Source of the DNA: Nannocystis bainbridge
GTDB lineage: Bacteria > Myxococcota_A > Polyangia > Nannocystales > Nannocystaceae
Direction: 5' to 3'
Length of the DNA: 64,000 nt
Assembly (NCBI RefSeq): GCF_028368995.1
Contig: NZ_JAQNDL010000003.1
Span: 992,001-1,056,000, forward strand
The notes beneath the pieces were generated by a model. The model was not told where the DNA came from and made no database searches. It saw nothing but the letters and a program-made list of their open reading frames with translations. This document shows positions 17,448 to 26,806 of the stretch, in pieces. The translations under genes were made by a program, and so were the position numbers. Position 1 is the first letter of the stretch; every line of letters starts with the position of its first letter.

Positions 17448-19169
17448 TCACTTCGCGTTGCTGCACGCCGTGTCGTTCGGGTCGCACTTGAAGCGGACGT
17501 GGATGTGGTGAATATGCCCGTCCGAGTGCATCACCAGCGCCGGCGCGCCCTTCGGCCGCGGCCACTGGATCAGCTTCTTCAGCTCGGCCGCGCTCTCGCC
17601 CTCGGCGATCGCCGCCTTGTGCAGCTCTTCTTGCAGCCAGTGCGACAGGAAGATCTCCTGGATCGCCCCGGTCGAGTTCAGCGCGCGGATGAACCGCCAC
17701 GTCGTCCGCCAGTCGACCTCTTCGGGCTCCGGGCGGCAGCTCGTCGTGCTGCAGTTCTTGCAACCGTCGAGGTAGCGCTTGCGTTTGACCTGCAGCCAGA
17801 TGTCGGCGTCGCGGCCGGACTGGTGCGACTTGTGACGGCCGTAGCCGCCGCCGTCCTTGAGCGACAGGTCGGCGATCATCACCTGGTTGCTGAAGCCCTG
17901 GGCGCGGAACTCGGAGACCCCGCGCAGCAGCTGCGACAGCGTGTGGTTGGTCGCGTAGGCGTGCGAGGCGCAGCGGACATCGGCCAGCGGCGAAGGCAGC
18001 AGCTGCACCGGATTGACGAGCGTCCCGCTGGTCACGCCGCCGACCGAGCTCGCGCCCGTGGGGACGATGAAGATCGGCAGGTCGTCGGGGTTCGGCGACT
18101 TCGCCCCGAACGCACCGGCGTCGATCCACAGCGTCAGCTCCTCGCCGCCCTTGAGCCGGTCGGGCACCTTCGGGTTGAACTGGCGCAGCTTGTCGACGCT
18201 CGTGCTGTACAGGTTGGCGACCGCCAGCCAGTCCTCGCCCTCGCCGACCGTGTAGTACTCCTGGACCAGCGGCGGCCGCGGCGGACGCGTCGTCCGCACC
18301 TTGAGCTTCATGTCCGTCAGCAGCGTCGTCACCCCGCCGTTCCACTGCTGCAGCAGCACCGGCGACACCTCGTAGTAGCGGGCGATGTCCTCGAGCGTCT
18401 CGCTCGGGCTGACCTGGTGCTCGATCCACTCCTCGCGCGCCGTCGGCCCCGAAGGACCTGTCCTTTCGGCCACCTGATCGTCGATGCTCGTCGGCGTCGG
18501 CGTCGGCTCCGGCTCGGGCTCGGTCGCCGCGGGTCGGTTGAACAGGAAGATCGCCAGCGCCCCGAGCAGCACGCCGCCGGTCGTGAACTGCAGCGCCCGG
18601 CGGATCATGTGCGCCCGCATGCTCGCGCCGACGAACTCGCGCAGCAGCGGCTCGGCCTCGACCTCGGCCCGCTGCGCCGGCACGGCCATCCAGCCCTCGG
18701 CCAGCCCCAGGTCGCGGCCGTGCAACAGCAACCGGCGCGCCCGCCCGTGGTCGACCCACTCGCGGGCGTAGCGAGCCAGCCGCCGCTGCTCGACGGCCCG
18801 CTGCTCGTCCTCGCCGCGGGCCAGCGCGACCGGCTCGAACTTCAGCTTCTGCTCGAGCTTGCGGTCGCGGTCGTCGTCGGCGATCTCGAGCACGTAGGCG
18901 CCGATGCTGAGGCGATCGCCGGCGCGGAACTCGGTCGGCTCGCTGCAGCGGCGCGAGTTGACGTAGGTGCCGTTGCGCGAGCCACGGTCGGTGACGATGA
19001 GCTTGTCACCCTTGAAGGAGATCCGGCAGTGCTTGCTGGACACGCCGTGGCCGCCGAGGACCAGGGTGGAGTCGACGCTGCTGCCGACCTGCATCTCCGG
19101 GCCCTTGAACGCGACCCGGCGCTCGTCGCCGTCCGGGGATATGACCTTGAAGACAGGTCCGTCAGCCAC
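17448..19169 (-). CDS. FHA-TM-2xLysM-MepA-type murein endopeptidase
   Basis: FHA (VSSKHC...SRNGTYVN), TM, LysM (HQVSPSETLEDIARYY; YTVGEGEDW), MepA-like Zn motifs HKSHQSGRDADIW and HIHHIHVRF. Confidence 0.85.
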   Translation of the reverse strand: MADGPVFKVISPDGDERRVAFKGPEMQVGSSVDSTLVLGGHGVSSKHCRISFKGDKLIVTDRGSRNGTYVNSRRCSEPTEFRAGDRLSIGAYVLEIADDDRDRKLEQKLKFEPVALARGEDEQRAVEQRRLARYAREWVDHGRARRLLLHGRDLGLAEGWMAVPAQRAEVEAEPLLREFVGASMRAHMIRRALQFTTGGVLLGALAIFLFNRPAATEPEPEPTPTPTSIDDQVAERTGPSGPTAREEWIEHQVSPSETLEDIARYYEVSPVLLQQWNGGVTTLLTDMKLKVRTTRPPRPPLVQEYYTVGEGEDWLAVANLYSTSVDKLRQFNPKVPDRLKGGEELTLWIDAGAFGAKSPNPDDLPIFIVPTGASSVGGVTSGTLVNPVQLLPSPLADVRCASHAYATNHTLSQLLRGVSEFRAQGFSNQVMIADLSLKDGGGYGRHKSHQSGRDADIWLQVKRKRYLDGCKNCSTTSCRPEPEEVDWRTTWRFIRALNSTGAIQEIFLSHWLQEELHKAAIAEGESAAELKKLIQWPRPKGAPALVMHSDGHIHHIHVRFKCDPNDTACSNAK

Positions 19170-19179
19170 GGTGTCCTCC

Positions 19180-20856
19180 TCAACCGGCCAGCAGCATCAC
19201 GAGCAAGCCGACCAGGATCAGCAGGCCGCAGCCGACGTTGACGATGATCAGCGTCTTCTGCAGCGACCACTCCGCCGGCTTGCGGACCAGCGCAGCGGCG
19301 GCGTGGCCGTCGAGGGCCATCGTCGCCTCGTTCGGGCGCGCCCGCGACTGCACCGCGGCGGCCGCGTCGGGCATCGCCATCGTCGTCTCGCCCTGCGGGA
19401 TGTTCGGGTCGGCCAGGATCATCGTCGTGTCCTGCCGCGCCGGCATGCCGCCCTGGTCGGACAGGATCATCGTCGACTCGGCCCGCTGCGCCGACGGGTC
19501 CGGCAGGATCATCGTCGACTCGCTCGGCGGCGGCTTGCTCTGCCCGAGCACCACCGTGCCGCCGCTGCCGACGGCCGGGTGGCTGTCGGTGCGGAACACG
19601 ACCGTGCGATCGACGGGCGCCTCTTCGCCGGCGCCGGTGGTCGGCGCCACGACGGTGCGCCCGGCCCCGGTGGTCGTGGCCACGATCGTGCGGCCCGGCG
19701 CTTGCGGGTCGACGACCGTCGCGCTGACCGGCCGCAGCGTCGCGAGGTTGTTGGTGGGCCCGATCGAACCTGACCGTTGGGACAGGCTCGGTCCGACCAC
19801 CGTGCGATCGGCCTGCAGCTTCGGCGACTGCTGCATCAGCAGGTTGGCGCCGCTGCGGCCGGGACGCTTGGTCGACATCAACGTCGTCGTCGTGTCGTCC
19901 TCGTCGTCCTCCTCGTCGGTGATGGTGCCGGACGGGCGCGGGGTCTGGCCGCGCACCTCGATCATCGTGCCCGCGGCGGTCACCGGCGCGCCGGGAGTGA
20001 TCCCGGGGAACCGACGCACGTGGGCGATCGCGTCGGCCATCGCCTTGAGATCGGCGAAGCGCTCTTCGGGCTGTTTGCCGAGCGCGCGGCGGATGAGGCC
20101 CTCGACGCCGACCGGCACGCCCACGTCGGGCGCGACGTCGGCCAGCCGCGGCGGCGGCTCACCCATGATCTTGCGGGCGATCTCGTAATACGACTGGCCC
20201 TGGAACGGCAGCTGGCCGCTGACCAGCTCGAACAGCACGACCCCGAGCGCGAACACGTCCGTGCGCTCGTCGGTCGCCCGACCCTCGAGCTGCTCGGGCG
20301 CGCGGTAGTCGACGGTGCCGAGCGCCGAGTCGACGCGCGTGCTGTCGCTCGACACGATCTCGAGCTCGGCCGTCGCGTAGTCGAGGATCCGGACCTCGCC
20401 GCGGTCCGTGACGAAGATGTTGCTCGGTTTGAGGTCGCGGTGTGCGGTCCGCGTGCTCGCATAGACGGCGTGCAGGATCTCCGCCGTCTGGCCGCACAGC
20501 TCGAGCGCGCGCATCCACGGCATTCGGCCGACGCGCGCGCGCAGCTTGCCGACGTCGTCGCCGGTCAGCGAGTCCATCACCACGATCGGCGGGTTGCGCG
20601 AGGCCAGCCCGAGCCCGCGCGGCAGCACGAGCCCCGAGTGGCCGGCGCGACCGACCGTGGCGATCAACTTGGCGTAGCGGTCGAGCGCGTCGTCGCCGGC
20701 GCGCCCGGGCTCGAGGACCTTGAGCGCGACGGCTCGCTGGCCCTGCGTATCCCAGGCACGAAACACCTGCCCGACTCCCCCGCCTCCGAGGGACTCGCGC
20801 AGCTGGTAGCGACCGCCGACGACGGTGCCGATCCGATGTGACGAAGTGACTGTCAC
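19180..20856 (-). CDS. Hanks-type Ser/Thr protein kinase with Thr-repeat tail and C-terminal TM (PpkA-like position)
   Basis: GGGGVGQV, VALK, HRDLKPSN, DYA in place of DFG, APEQ, DVFALG. It directly follows tssC. Confidence 0.9.
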   Translation of the reverse strand: MTVTSSHRIGTVVGGRYQLRESLGGGGVGQVFRAWDTQGQRAVALKVLEPGRAGDDALDRYAKLIATVGRAGHSGLVLPRGLGLASRNPPIVVMDSLTGDDVGKLRARVGRMPWMRALELCGQTAEILHAVYASTRTAHRDLKPSNIFVTDRGEVRILDYATAELEIVSSDSTRVDSALGTVDYRAPEQLEGRATDERTDVFALGVVLFELVSGQLPFQGQSYYEIARKIMGEPPPRLADVAPDVGVPVGVEGLIRRALGKQPEERFADLKAMADAIAHVRRFPGITPGAPVTAAGTMIEVRGQTPRPSGTITDEEDDEDDTTTTLMSTKRPGRSGANLLMQQSPKLQADRTVVGPSLSQRSGSIGPTNNLATLRPVSATVVDPQAPGRTIVATTTGAGRTVVAPTTGAGEEAPVDRTVVFRTDSHPAVGSGGTVVLGQSKPPPSESTMILPDPSAQRAESTMILSDQGGMPARQDTTMILADPNIPQGETTMAMPDAAAAVQSRARPNEATMALDGHAAAALVRKPAEWSLQKTLIIVNVGCGLLILVGLLVMLLAG

Positions 20857-20860
20857 CTGG

Positions 20861-22354
20861 CTAGGACTTGTCCAGCTTGCCGACGAGCGACAGGGTGAAC
20901 TCGGCGCCCTCGAACTTGAGGTGCGGCTCGATGGCCAGGTTGCAGCGGAACCAGCCGACCTGCCCCTCGACCTCCTCGACGATCACCTTGGCCTTGCGCA
21001 GCGGCTTGCGCGAGCGGGTCGCGGCCGGCGGATCCGGCATGTCCGACACGTACTGACGGATCCAGTTGTTGAGCTCGCGGTCGAGGTCGGCGCGCGACTT
21101 CCAGGTGCCGATCTGCTCGCGCTGGAGGACCTTCATGTAGTGGGCGAGGCGCGTGATCACGAACATGTACGGGAGGCGCGTCCCGAGCATGTAGTTGGTC
21201 TGCGCCGCCAGACCCTCGGCGGTCTTGGCGAACACCTTCGGCCGCTGGATCGAGTTGGCGGAGAAGAACGACGCGTTGTCGCTGTCCTTGCGGAACACCA
21301 GGCCGATGAAGCCCTGCTCGGCGAGCTCGTACTCGCGGCGGTCGTCGAGCGAGGTCTCGGTCGGGATCTTGCTCTTCAGTTCGCCGCCCTGCTCATACTG
21401 GTGGAGCGGCAGGTTGTAGACCGCGCCGCCGCCCTGGGGGCCGATGATGTTCGGGCACCAGCGGTACTTGGCGAAGCTCTCGGCGATCTTGGCGGCCATC
21501 GCCAGCGACGCCGGGCCCCACAGGTACGCGTCGTGGTCGTCGATCACCTCCTCGGTGAAGTCGAAGGCCTTGACCCCGAGCTCGCTCTCGCGCTTGCCGT
21601 ACGGCGCGCGCAGCATGAAGCGCGGCATGCACATGCCGAGGTAACGGGCGTCCTCGGTCTCGCGCAGGCTGTTCCACTTGGCGTACTGCGGGCCCTCGAA
21701 CAGCGCCTGCAGGTCCTTGAGCTTGGGCAGGTCGGTGAACGACTGCACGCCGAACATCTTCGGTGCGGCGTTGCCGAGGAACGGCGCGTGCGACATGGCG
21801 CCCACGGCCGCGAACTGCTTGAGCAGCTGGATGTCCTCGGTCCCGGTGCCGAAGTCGTACGTCGAGCAGATCACCCCGTACGGCTTGCCGCCGAACACGC
21901 CGAAGTTGTTGCGGTAGATCGTGTTGTAGAGGCCCGACTTGGTGATGTCGGGCGCGTCCTCGAAGTCGACCCGGAGGTCTTCCTTGGTCGCGTTGACGAT
22001 CTCGAGGCGGACGTTCTCACGGAAGTCGATCTGGTCGACCAGGTACTTGAGGCCGCGCCAGGACGACTCGAGCTGGCGGACCTGCGGGTGATGCAAGATC
22101 TGGTTGACCTGAGAGGTGAGGCGGCGGTCGATGTCCGCGATCATCTCGTCGATGAGGCCCTTGTCGATCTTCGGCGCGACCGTGGGCGACCGCAGGAGAT
22201 CGTCCATCAGCTTGCGGGTGCCGCGGCGGACCAGCTCGTAGGCCTCGCCGTCGTTCGGGCCGAGCTTGGTCTCGGAGAGCAGCGAGTCGAGTAGCGAGTC
22301 TTGCAACTCGCCCGCTTGCCGCTGCGACGCTGTCTGGGAATTCGTGTCCGACAT
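20861..22354 (-). CDS. tssC: T6SS contractile sheath large subunit TssC/VipB
   Basis: QVNQILHHP...LESSWRGLKYL, FGGKPYG, PRFMLRAPYG, LPYMFVITRLAHYMKV, LSLVGKL. Confidence 0.97.
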   Translation of the reverse strand: MSDTNSQTASQRQAGELQDSLLDSLLSETKLGPNDGEAYELVRRGTRKLMDDLLRSPTVAPKIDKGLIDEMIADIDRRLTSQVNQILHHPQVRQLESSWRGLKYLVDQIDFRENVRLEIVNATKEDLRVDFEDAPDITKSGLYNTIYRNNFGVFGGKPYGVICSTYDFGTGTEDIQLLKQFAAVGAMSHAPFLGNAAPKMFGVQSFTDLPKLKDLQALFEGPQYAKWNSLRETEDARYLGMCMPRFMLRAPYGKRESELGVKAFDFTEEVIDDHDAYLWGPASLAMAAKIAESFAKYRWCPNIIGPQGGGAVYNLPLHQYEQGGELKSKIPTETSLDDRREYELAEQGFIGLVFRKDSDNASFFSANSIQRPKVFAKTAEGLAAQTNYMLGTRLPYMFVITRLAHYMKVLQREQIGTWKSRADLDRELNNWIRQYVSDMPDPPAATRSRKPLRKAKVIVEEVEGQVGWFRCNLAIEPHLKFEGAEFTLSLVGKLDKS

Positions 22355-22392
22355 GTCCTAAAACTCCTTCTGCGAATCCGTGGCGGAGAGCC

Positions 22393-22902
22393 TCACGACC
22401 CCGGCTTGTCCTCGATCCCCAGCTCTTTCATCAGGCGATTGCGCTTGTCGGGGTCGCGCAGCGCCTCGACCAGCTTCTTCTTGAAGTCCGGCACGTTGCC
22501 GCCGACCAGCGGGCCCTTGAGGGCCGTGAGCGCGTTGCGCAGCTCCATCAGCTCCTTGAGCTGCGGCACCTGCTCGACGATCCCCTCGGGGCGGAAGTCC
22601 TTCAGCGTGTCGAACTTGAGGCTGAGCGAGAGGTCGCCCTGATCGCCGTCCGTCAGCTTGTTGGTGACGCTGATGTCGGTCTCGAGCTTCTGCGCCGCCA
22701 TCACCTTGTCGAAGTTGTCCTTGTCGACGTTGATGGGGACGCGCTCCTCGACCGGCCGGTCGTCCTGGCGCCCCGTGAAGTCGCCGAGCATGAGGATCTT
22801 GAGCGGGAGCTCGACGTCCTCCTGCGCCCCGTCCGTGGCCGGCTTGTACGTGATGTTCACGCGCTCCTTCGGCGCAACCGATCCGTCTTTACCCTTGCTC
22901 AT
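22393..22902 (-). CDS. tssB: T6SS contractile sheath small subunit TssB/VipA
   Basis: SVAPKERVNITYK, ELPLKILMLGDF, DFRPEGIVEQVPQL. Confidence 0.97.
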   Translation of the reverse strand: MSKGKDGSVAPKERVNITYKPATDGAQEDVELPLKILMLGDFTGRQDDRPVEERVPINVDKDNFDKVMAAQKLETDISVTNKLTDGDQGDLSLSLKFDTLKDFRPEGIVEQVPQLKELMELRNALTALKGPLVGGNVPDFKKKLVEALRDPDKRNRLMKELGIEDKPGS

Positions 22903-23251
22903 GAAGGCACCCATCCTCGCGGACACTACTGTTTTCGTCGCCCCGTCTGTCCCCGCGGTGCACCAGACAGCGCCACCTCTGCGGCATGGACCATAGAACG
23001 GCGAGCCGTCCGACGTCCAGAGCGTGCGAGAGGCGCCGCGATCGCGCGCGCGAAATCACCGCACGCTGACACCGACGTAACGCGGATGAGGGCGTGCCGG
23101 ACGTCGCCGCGCGCTCGCGCGAAAGTGACACCAGCGCGAATTTGCACATGCGCGATTCTGCGAGCCAAAGTCGCGTTGGAGGCCGCGCAGGCGCGAAAAT
23201 ACCGGTGTCGAGCCCGTAGCCGGCCCGGGGGCCTTTGATAAGGTGTCCCGC

Positions 23252-23746
23252 ATGGCTGAGACCGTCCATCTGTACCTGAAAGCGAATGGCCAAGACATCC
23301 AGGGCGAGAGCTCGCAGACCTCGCTGGGTCGCGAGAACTCCATCGAGTGCGTCGAATTCCAAGACAGCGTCCGCACCGCGCGTGAGCACGGCAGCCGTGC
23401 CGCCGTCGGTCGCCGCGTCCACGCGCCGATCCGGATCGTGAAGCGCATCGACAAGAGCTCGCCGCTGATCGCCAAGGCCCTGTGCCGCAACGAGAGAATC
23501 GACGCCGAGTTCAAGTTCTTCCGCCCGATGCCGACCGGCGACGGCACGACCGAGCAGTTCTTCACCGTCAAGCTGGAGAACGGCCGCGTCGACTCGATCG
23601 AGCGCCTCTCGCCCAACGCCCTCGACCCGGCCGAGGCCAAGGCCCCGCCGCTCGAGACCGTGAGCATCGTCTACCACACCATCACGTGGATCTTCGTCCC
23701 CACGGGCGCCGAGTTCGTCGACTCGTGGTCGAACAGCGACGGCTGA
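23252..23746 (+). CDS. hcp: T6SS tube protein Hcp/TssD
   Basis: IQGESSQ...GRENSIEC, GRRVHAPIRIVKRIDKSSPL, PLETVSIVYHTITW. Confidence 0.95.
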   Translation: MAETVHLYLKANGQDIQGESSQTSLGRENSIECVEFQDSVRTAREHGSRAAVGRRVHAPIRIVKRIDKSSPLIAKALCRNERIDAEFKFFRPMPTGDGTTEQFFTVKLENGRVDSIERLSPNALDPAEAKAPPLETVSIVYHTITWIFVPTGAEFVDSWSNSDG

Positions 23747-23865
23747 TCGCCGTTCGTTGCACATAAAACGGCCTGGCGCGTGAGTTCGTCTCCGCGCCTG
23801 GCCGGCCTGGCTTTCTACTATAGCGTTCCCCCTCCCTCCCCACCTTTCCCCGCGAGAGACCCCGC

Positions 23866-26499
23866 ATGCGCGTCGACCCGAAAGCGATCGTTCGAAGGCT
23901 CAACCCGACCTGCACCTCGATGCTCGAGGCCGCGGTGTCCCACGCCGCCAGCTCCCGCTACTACGAGATCGTCCCCGAGCACCTGCTCGTCGCGATCTTG
24001 AGCGCCGAGGACACCGACGCGGCGAAGATCCTCTCGCACTTCAATCAGGACGCGACGCGCCTGCGGCAGCGCGTGCAGCGGGCCCTCGAGACCATGCGGA
24101 CCGGCAACGCCGGCCGCCCCGTGTTCGCCGAGACGCTCTTCCAGTGGCTCGAGGACGCGTGGGTCGTCGCCTCGCTGCAGTACGGCTCGACCGAGATCCG
24201 CACCGGCCACCTCATCCAGCAGTGGTGCGCCCGCGGCCACCGCTACAGCGCCGAGACGCTGCCCGAGCTGGCCGCGATCGACCTCGAGACGCTGCGCAAG
24301 GACCTCGAAGGCATCGCCGCCGGCTCGAAAGAGGCCGTGCGCGCGGCCTCGGCCCCTGCGGGCGGCACAGGCGGCGGCACCGCTGCTGCGACGCCGGTCG
24401 CCGCCGGCGAGCAGGCGCTGCGCCGCTTCACCTCGTCGTACACGGAGAAGGCCCGCGAGGGCAAGATCGACCCGGTGTTCGGTCGCCACCAGGAGATCCG
24501 CCAGCTGGTGGAGATCTTGATCCGCCGGCGCAAGAACAACCCGATCATCGTCGGCGAGCCTGGCGTCGGCAAGACCGCGCTCGTCGAAGGCCTCGCCCGC
24601 GCGATCGTCGAGGGCGACGTCCCGACCGCGCTGCAGGACGTCGAGCTGCTCGAGCTCGACATGGGCCTCATGCAGGCCGGCGCCGGCGTGCGCGGCGAGT
24701 TCGAGAAGCGCCTCAAGGCCGTCATCGAGGAGGTCAAGTCCTCGCCCAAGCCGATCGTCCTGTTCATCGACGAGGCCCACACCATCGTCGGCAACAAGGA
24801 CAACGACGCCACCAACATCCTCAAGCCCGCGCTGGCCCGCGGCGAGCTGCGCACGATCGCCGCCACGACCTGGTCCGAGTACAAGAAGTACTTCGAGAAG
24901 GACGCCGCGTTCGCCCGCCGCTTCCAGTTGGTCAAGGTCGACGAGCCGTCGGAGGACCAGGCGCTGGTCATGCTCCGCGGCCTGCGCGACACCTACGAGC
25001 GCACCCACACCGTGACGATCCGCGACGAGGCGCTGATCGCCGCCGTCAAGCTCAGCCACCGCTACATCTCCGGCCGTCAGCTGCCCGACAAGGCGGTCGA
25101 CCTGCTCGACACCGCTTCGACGCGGGTGAAGATCGAGCAAGCGTCGCGGCCCGAGGCGATGCTGCGCCAGGAGCAGGAGCTCGCGGCGCTCAGCCGTGAG
25201 ATCGGCGCGCTCGAGCGCGAGGATCGCGAGGGCAACCTCGTCGACCTCGCCCGCCTCGCCGAGCTGCGCGACAAGCTGCGGAGCGGCGAGAACGAGCGGA
25301 CCGCCCTCGACCGCCGCTGGCAAGAGGAGAAGGAGGCCCTGGGCGCCGTCGACAAGGCCCGCGAGGCCCTGCGCACCGCCGGCGACGCGGCCACCGACGA
25401 GCTCCGCGAGGCCAAGCGCACCGCCGACGCCACGCTGATCGCCGCCGGGGGCGAGGAGCGCCTGATCCACGCCGAGGTCGACAGCGACGCCGTCGCCCGC
25501 GTCGTCTCCAACTGGACCGGCATCCCCGTCGGCAACATGAAGCGCGACGCGATGGAGAGCCTGCTGCGCCTCGAGGACACCCTCACCGAGCGCGTCAAGG
25601 GTCAGCCCAACGCGGTCAAGGTCGTGTCGGAGACGCTGCGCATCGCCCACGCCGGCATCCGCAACCCGAGCACCCCGATCGGCGTGCTGCTGTTCGTCGG
25701 CACCAGCGGCGTCGGCAAGACCGAGACCGCGACGGCCCTCGCCGACCTGCTCTACGGCGGCGAGCGCTTCATGACGACGATCAACATGTCGGAGTTCCAG
25801 GAGAAGCACACGGTGTCGCGCCTGATCGGCTCGCCGCCGGGCTACGTCGGCTACGGCGAGGGCGGCGTGCTGACCGAGGCCGTGCGTCAGCGGCCCTACT
25901 CGGTGGTCCTGCTCGACGAGTGCGAGAAGGCCGACCTCGACGTCATGAACCTGTTCTACCAGGTGTTCGACAAGGGCATGCTGTCGGACGGCGAGGGTCG
26001 CCTCATCGACTTCAAGAACACGATCGTGATCCTCACCAGCAACCTGGCCTCGGACGCGATCATGAAGCAGACCGACAACGGCCTGACCCAGCGCTCGCCC
26101 GAGGAGTTGGTCGAGGCGATCCGGCCGACGCTGTCGAAGCACTTCAAGCCGGCGCTGCTGGCCCGCATGTCGATCGTGCCGTTCCAGCCGCTGCCGCCGG
26201 CGGTGCTGCGCGAGATCACCGAGCTCAAGCTCAGGGGCCTGCGCAAGCGCCTGATGGACAGCCACAAGATCGAGACCGAAGTGCTCGACGAGGTCTACGA
26301 CGCCATGGCCGCTCGCTGCAACGAGGCCGAGACCGGCGCCCGCAACGTCGATCACATCCTCCGCGGCTCGCTCATGCCGGTGCTCAGCCGCAAGCTGCTC
26401 GAGGCGTTCGCCGCTGGTCAGCAGCCGAGCAAGCTCCGCATCGGCCTCGGCAAAGAGGGCGAGGCCTGGGACATCACCTTCGACCCGCTGCCCGAGTGA
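23866..26499 (+). CDS. tssH: T6SS ATPase ClpV/TssH
   Basis: ClpV-type N-terminus, RRRKNNPIIVGEPGVGKT, ATTWSEYKKYFEKDAA, GTSGVGKTETA, TGARNVD. Confidence 0.97.
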   Translation: MRVDPKAIVRRLNPTCTSMLEAAVSHAASSRYYEIVPEHLLVAILSAEDTDAAKILSHFNQDATRLRQRVQRALETMRTGNAGRPVFAETLFQWLEDAWVVASLQYGSTEIRTGHLIQQWCARGHRYSAETLPELAAIDLETLRKDLEGIAAGSKEAVRAASAPAGGTGGGTAAATPVAAGEQALRRFTSSYTEKAREGKIDPVFGRHQEIRQLVEILIRRRKNNPIIVGEPGVGKTALVEGLARAIVEGDVPTALQDVELLELDMGLMQAGAGVRGEFEKRLKAVIEEVKSSPKPIVLFIDEAHTIVGNKDNDATNILKPALARGELRTIAATTWSEYKKYFEKDAAFARRFQLVKVDEPSEDQALVMLRGLRDTYERTHTVTIRDEALIAAVKLSHRYISGRQLPDKAVDLLDTASTRVKIEQASRPEAMLRQEQELAALSREIGALEREDREGNLVDLARLAELRDKLRSGENERTALDRRWQEEKEALGAVDKAREALRTAGDAATDELREAKRTADATLIAAGGEERLIHAEVDSDAVARVVSNWTGIPVGNMKRDAMESLLRLEDTLTERVKGQPNAVKVVSETLRIAHAGIRNPSTPIGVLLFVGTSGVGKTETATALADLLYGGERFMTTINMSEFQEKHTVSRLIGSPPGYVGYGEGGVLTEAVRQRPYSVVLLDECEKADLDVMNLFYQVFDKGMLSDGEGRLIDFKNTIVILTSNLASDAIMKQTDNGLTQRSPEELVEAIRPTLSKHFKPALLARMSIVPFQPLPPAVLREITELKLRGLRKRLMDSHKIETEVLDEVYDAMAARCNEAETGARNVDHILRGSLMPVLSRKLLEAFAAGQQPSKLRIGLGKEGEAWDITFDPLPE

Positions 26500-26506
26500 C
26501 GCCGCC

Positions 26507-26527
26507 GGCCCGGAGTTCTCCCGGGCC
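26507..26527 (+). terminator. GC hairpin after clpV
   Basis: GGCCCGG-AGTTCTC-CCGGGCC immediately after the stop. There is no U-tract. Confidence 0.35.
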
Positions 26528-26806
26528 GACGACGTAGCCACACCCTCGCGGACGGACCCGTCCCCGAGGGTTTTCTGCTACCCGCGCCAGCAAGCGTCGC
26601 GTCACTCCGCGGCGCCTTCTTCGGCCACGAGGGCCCGCGGAACCTCGCTCCGCGAGCCCGCCCTGCCTCGCCTAGCGACGCTGCGGCCCCGCAGTGAGGC
26701 CTGGAGAGGGCGTGTCGGACCTCACGGTGATGGATCTTTGGGACATGTCCTGAAAGATCGGCCGCGTGGAATGTTTGGCGCGCCTGCGACGTAAGGCGCC
26801 TTCAGC

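Noticed and set aside
22903-23865. Sigma54 promoters for tssB, hcp or clpV
   Set aside because: Candidate TGGC sites lack correct GG-N10-GC spacing.
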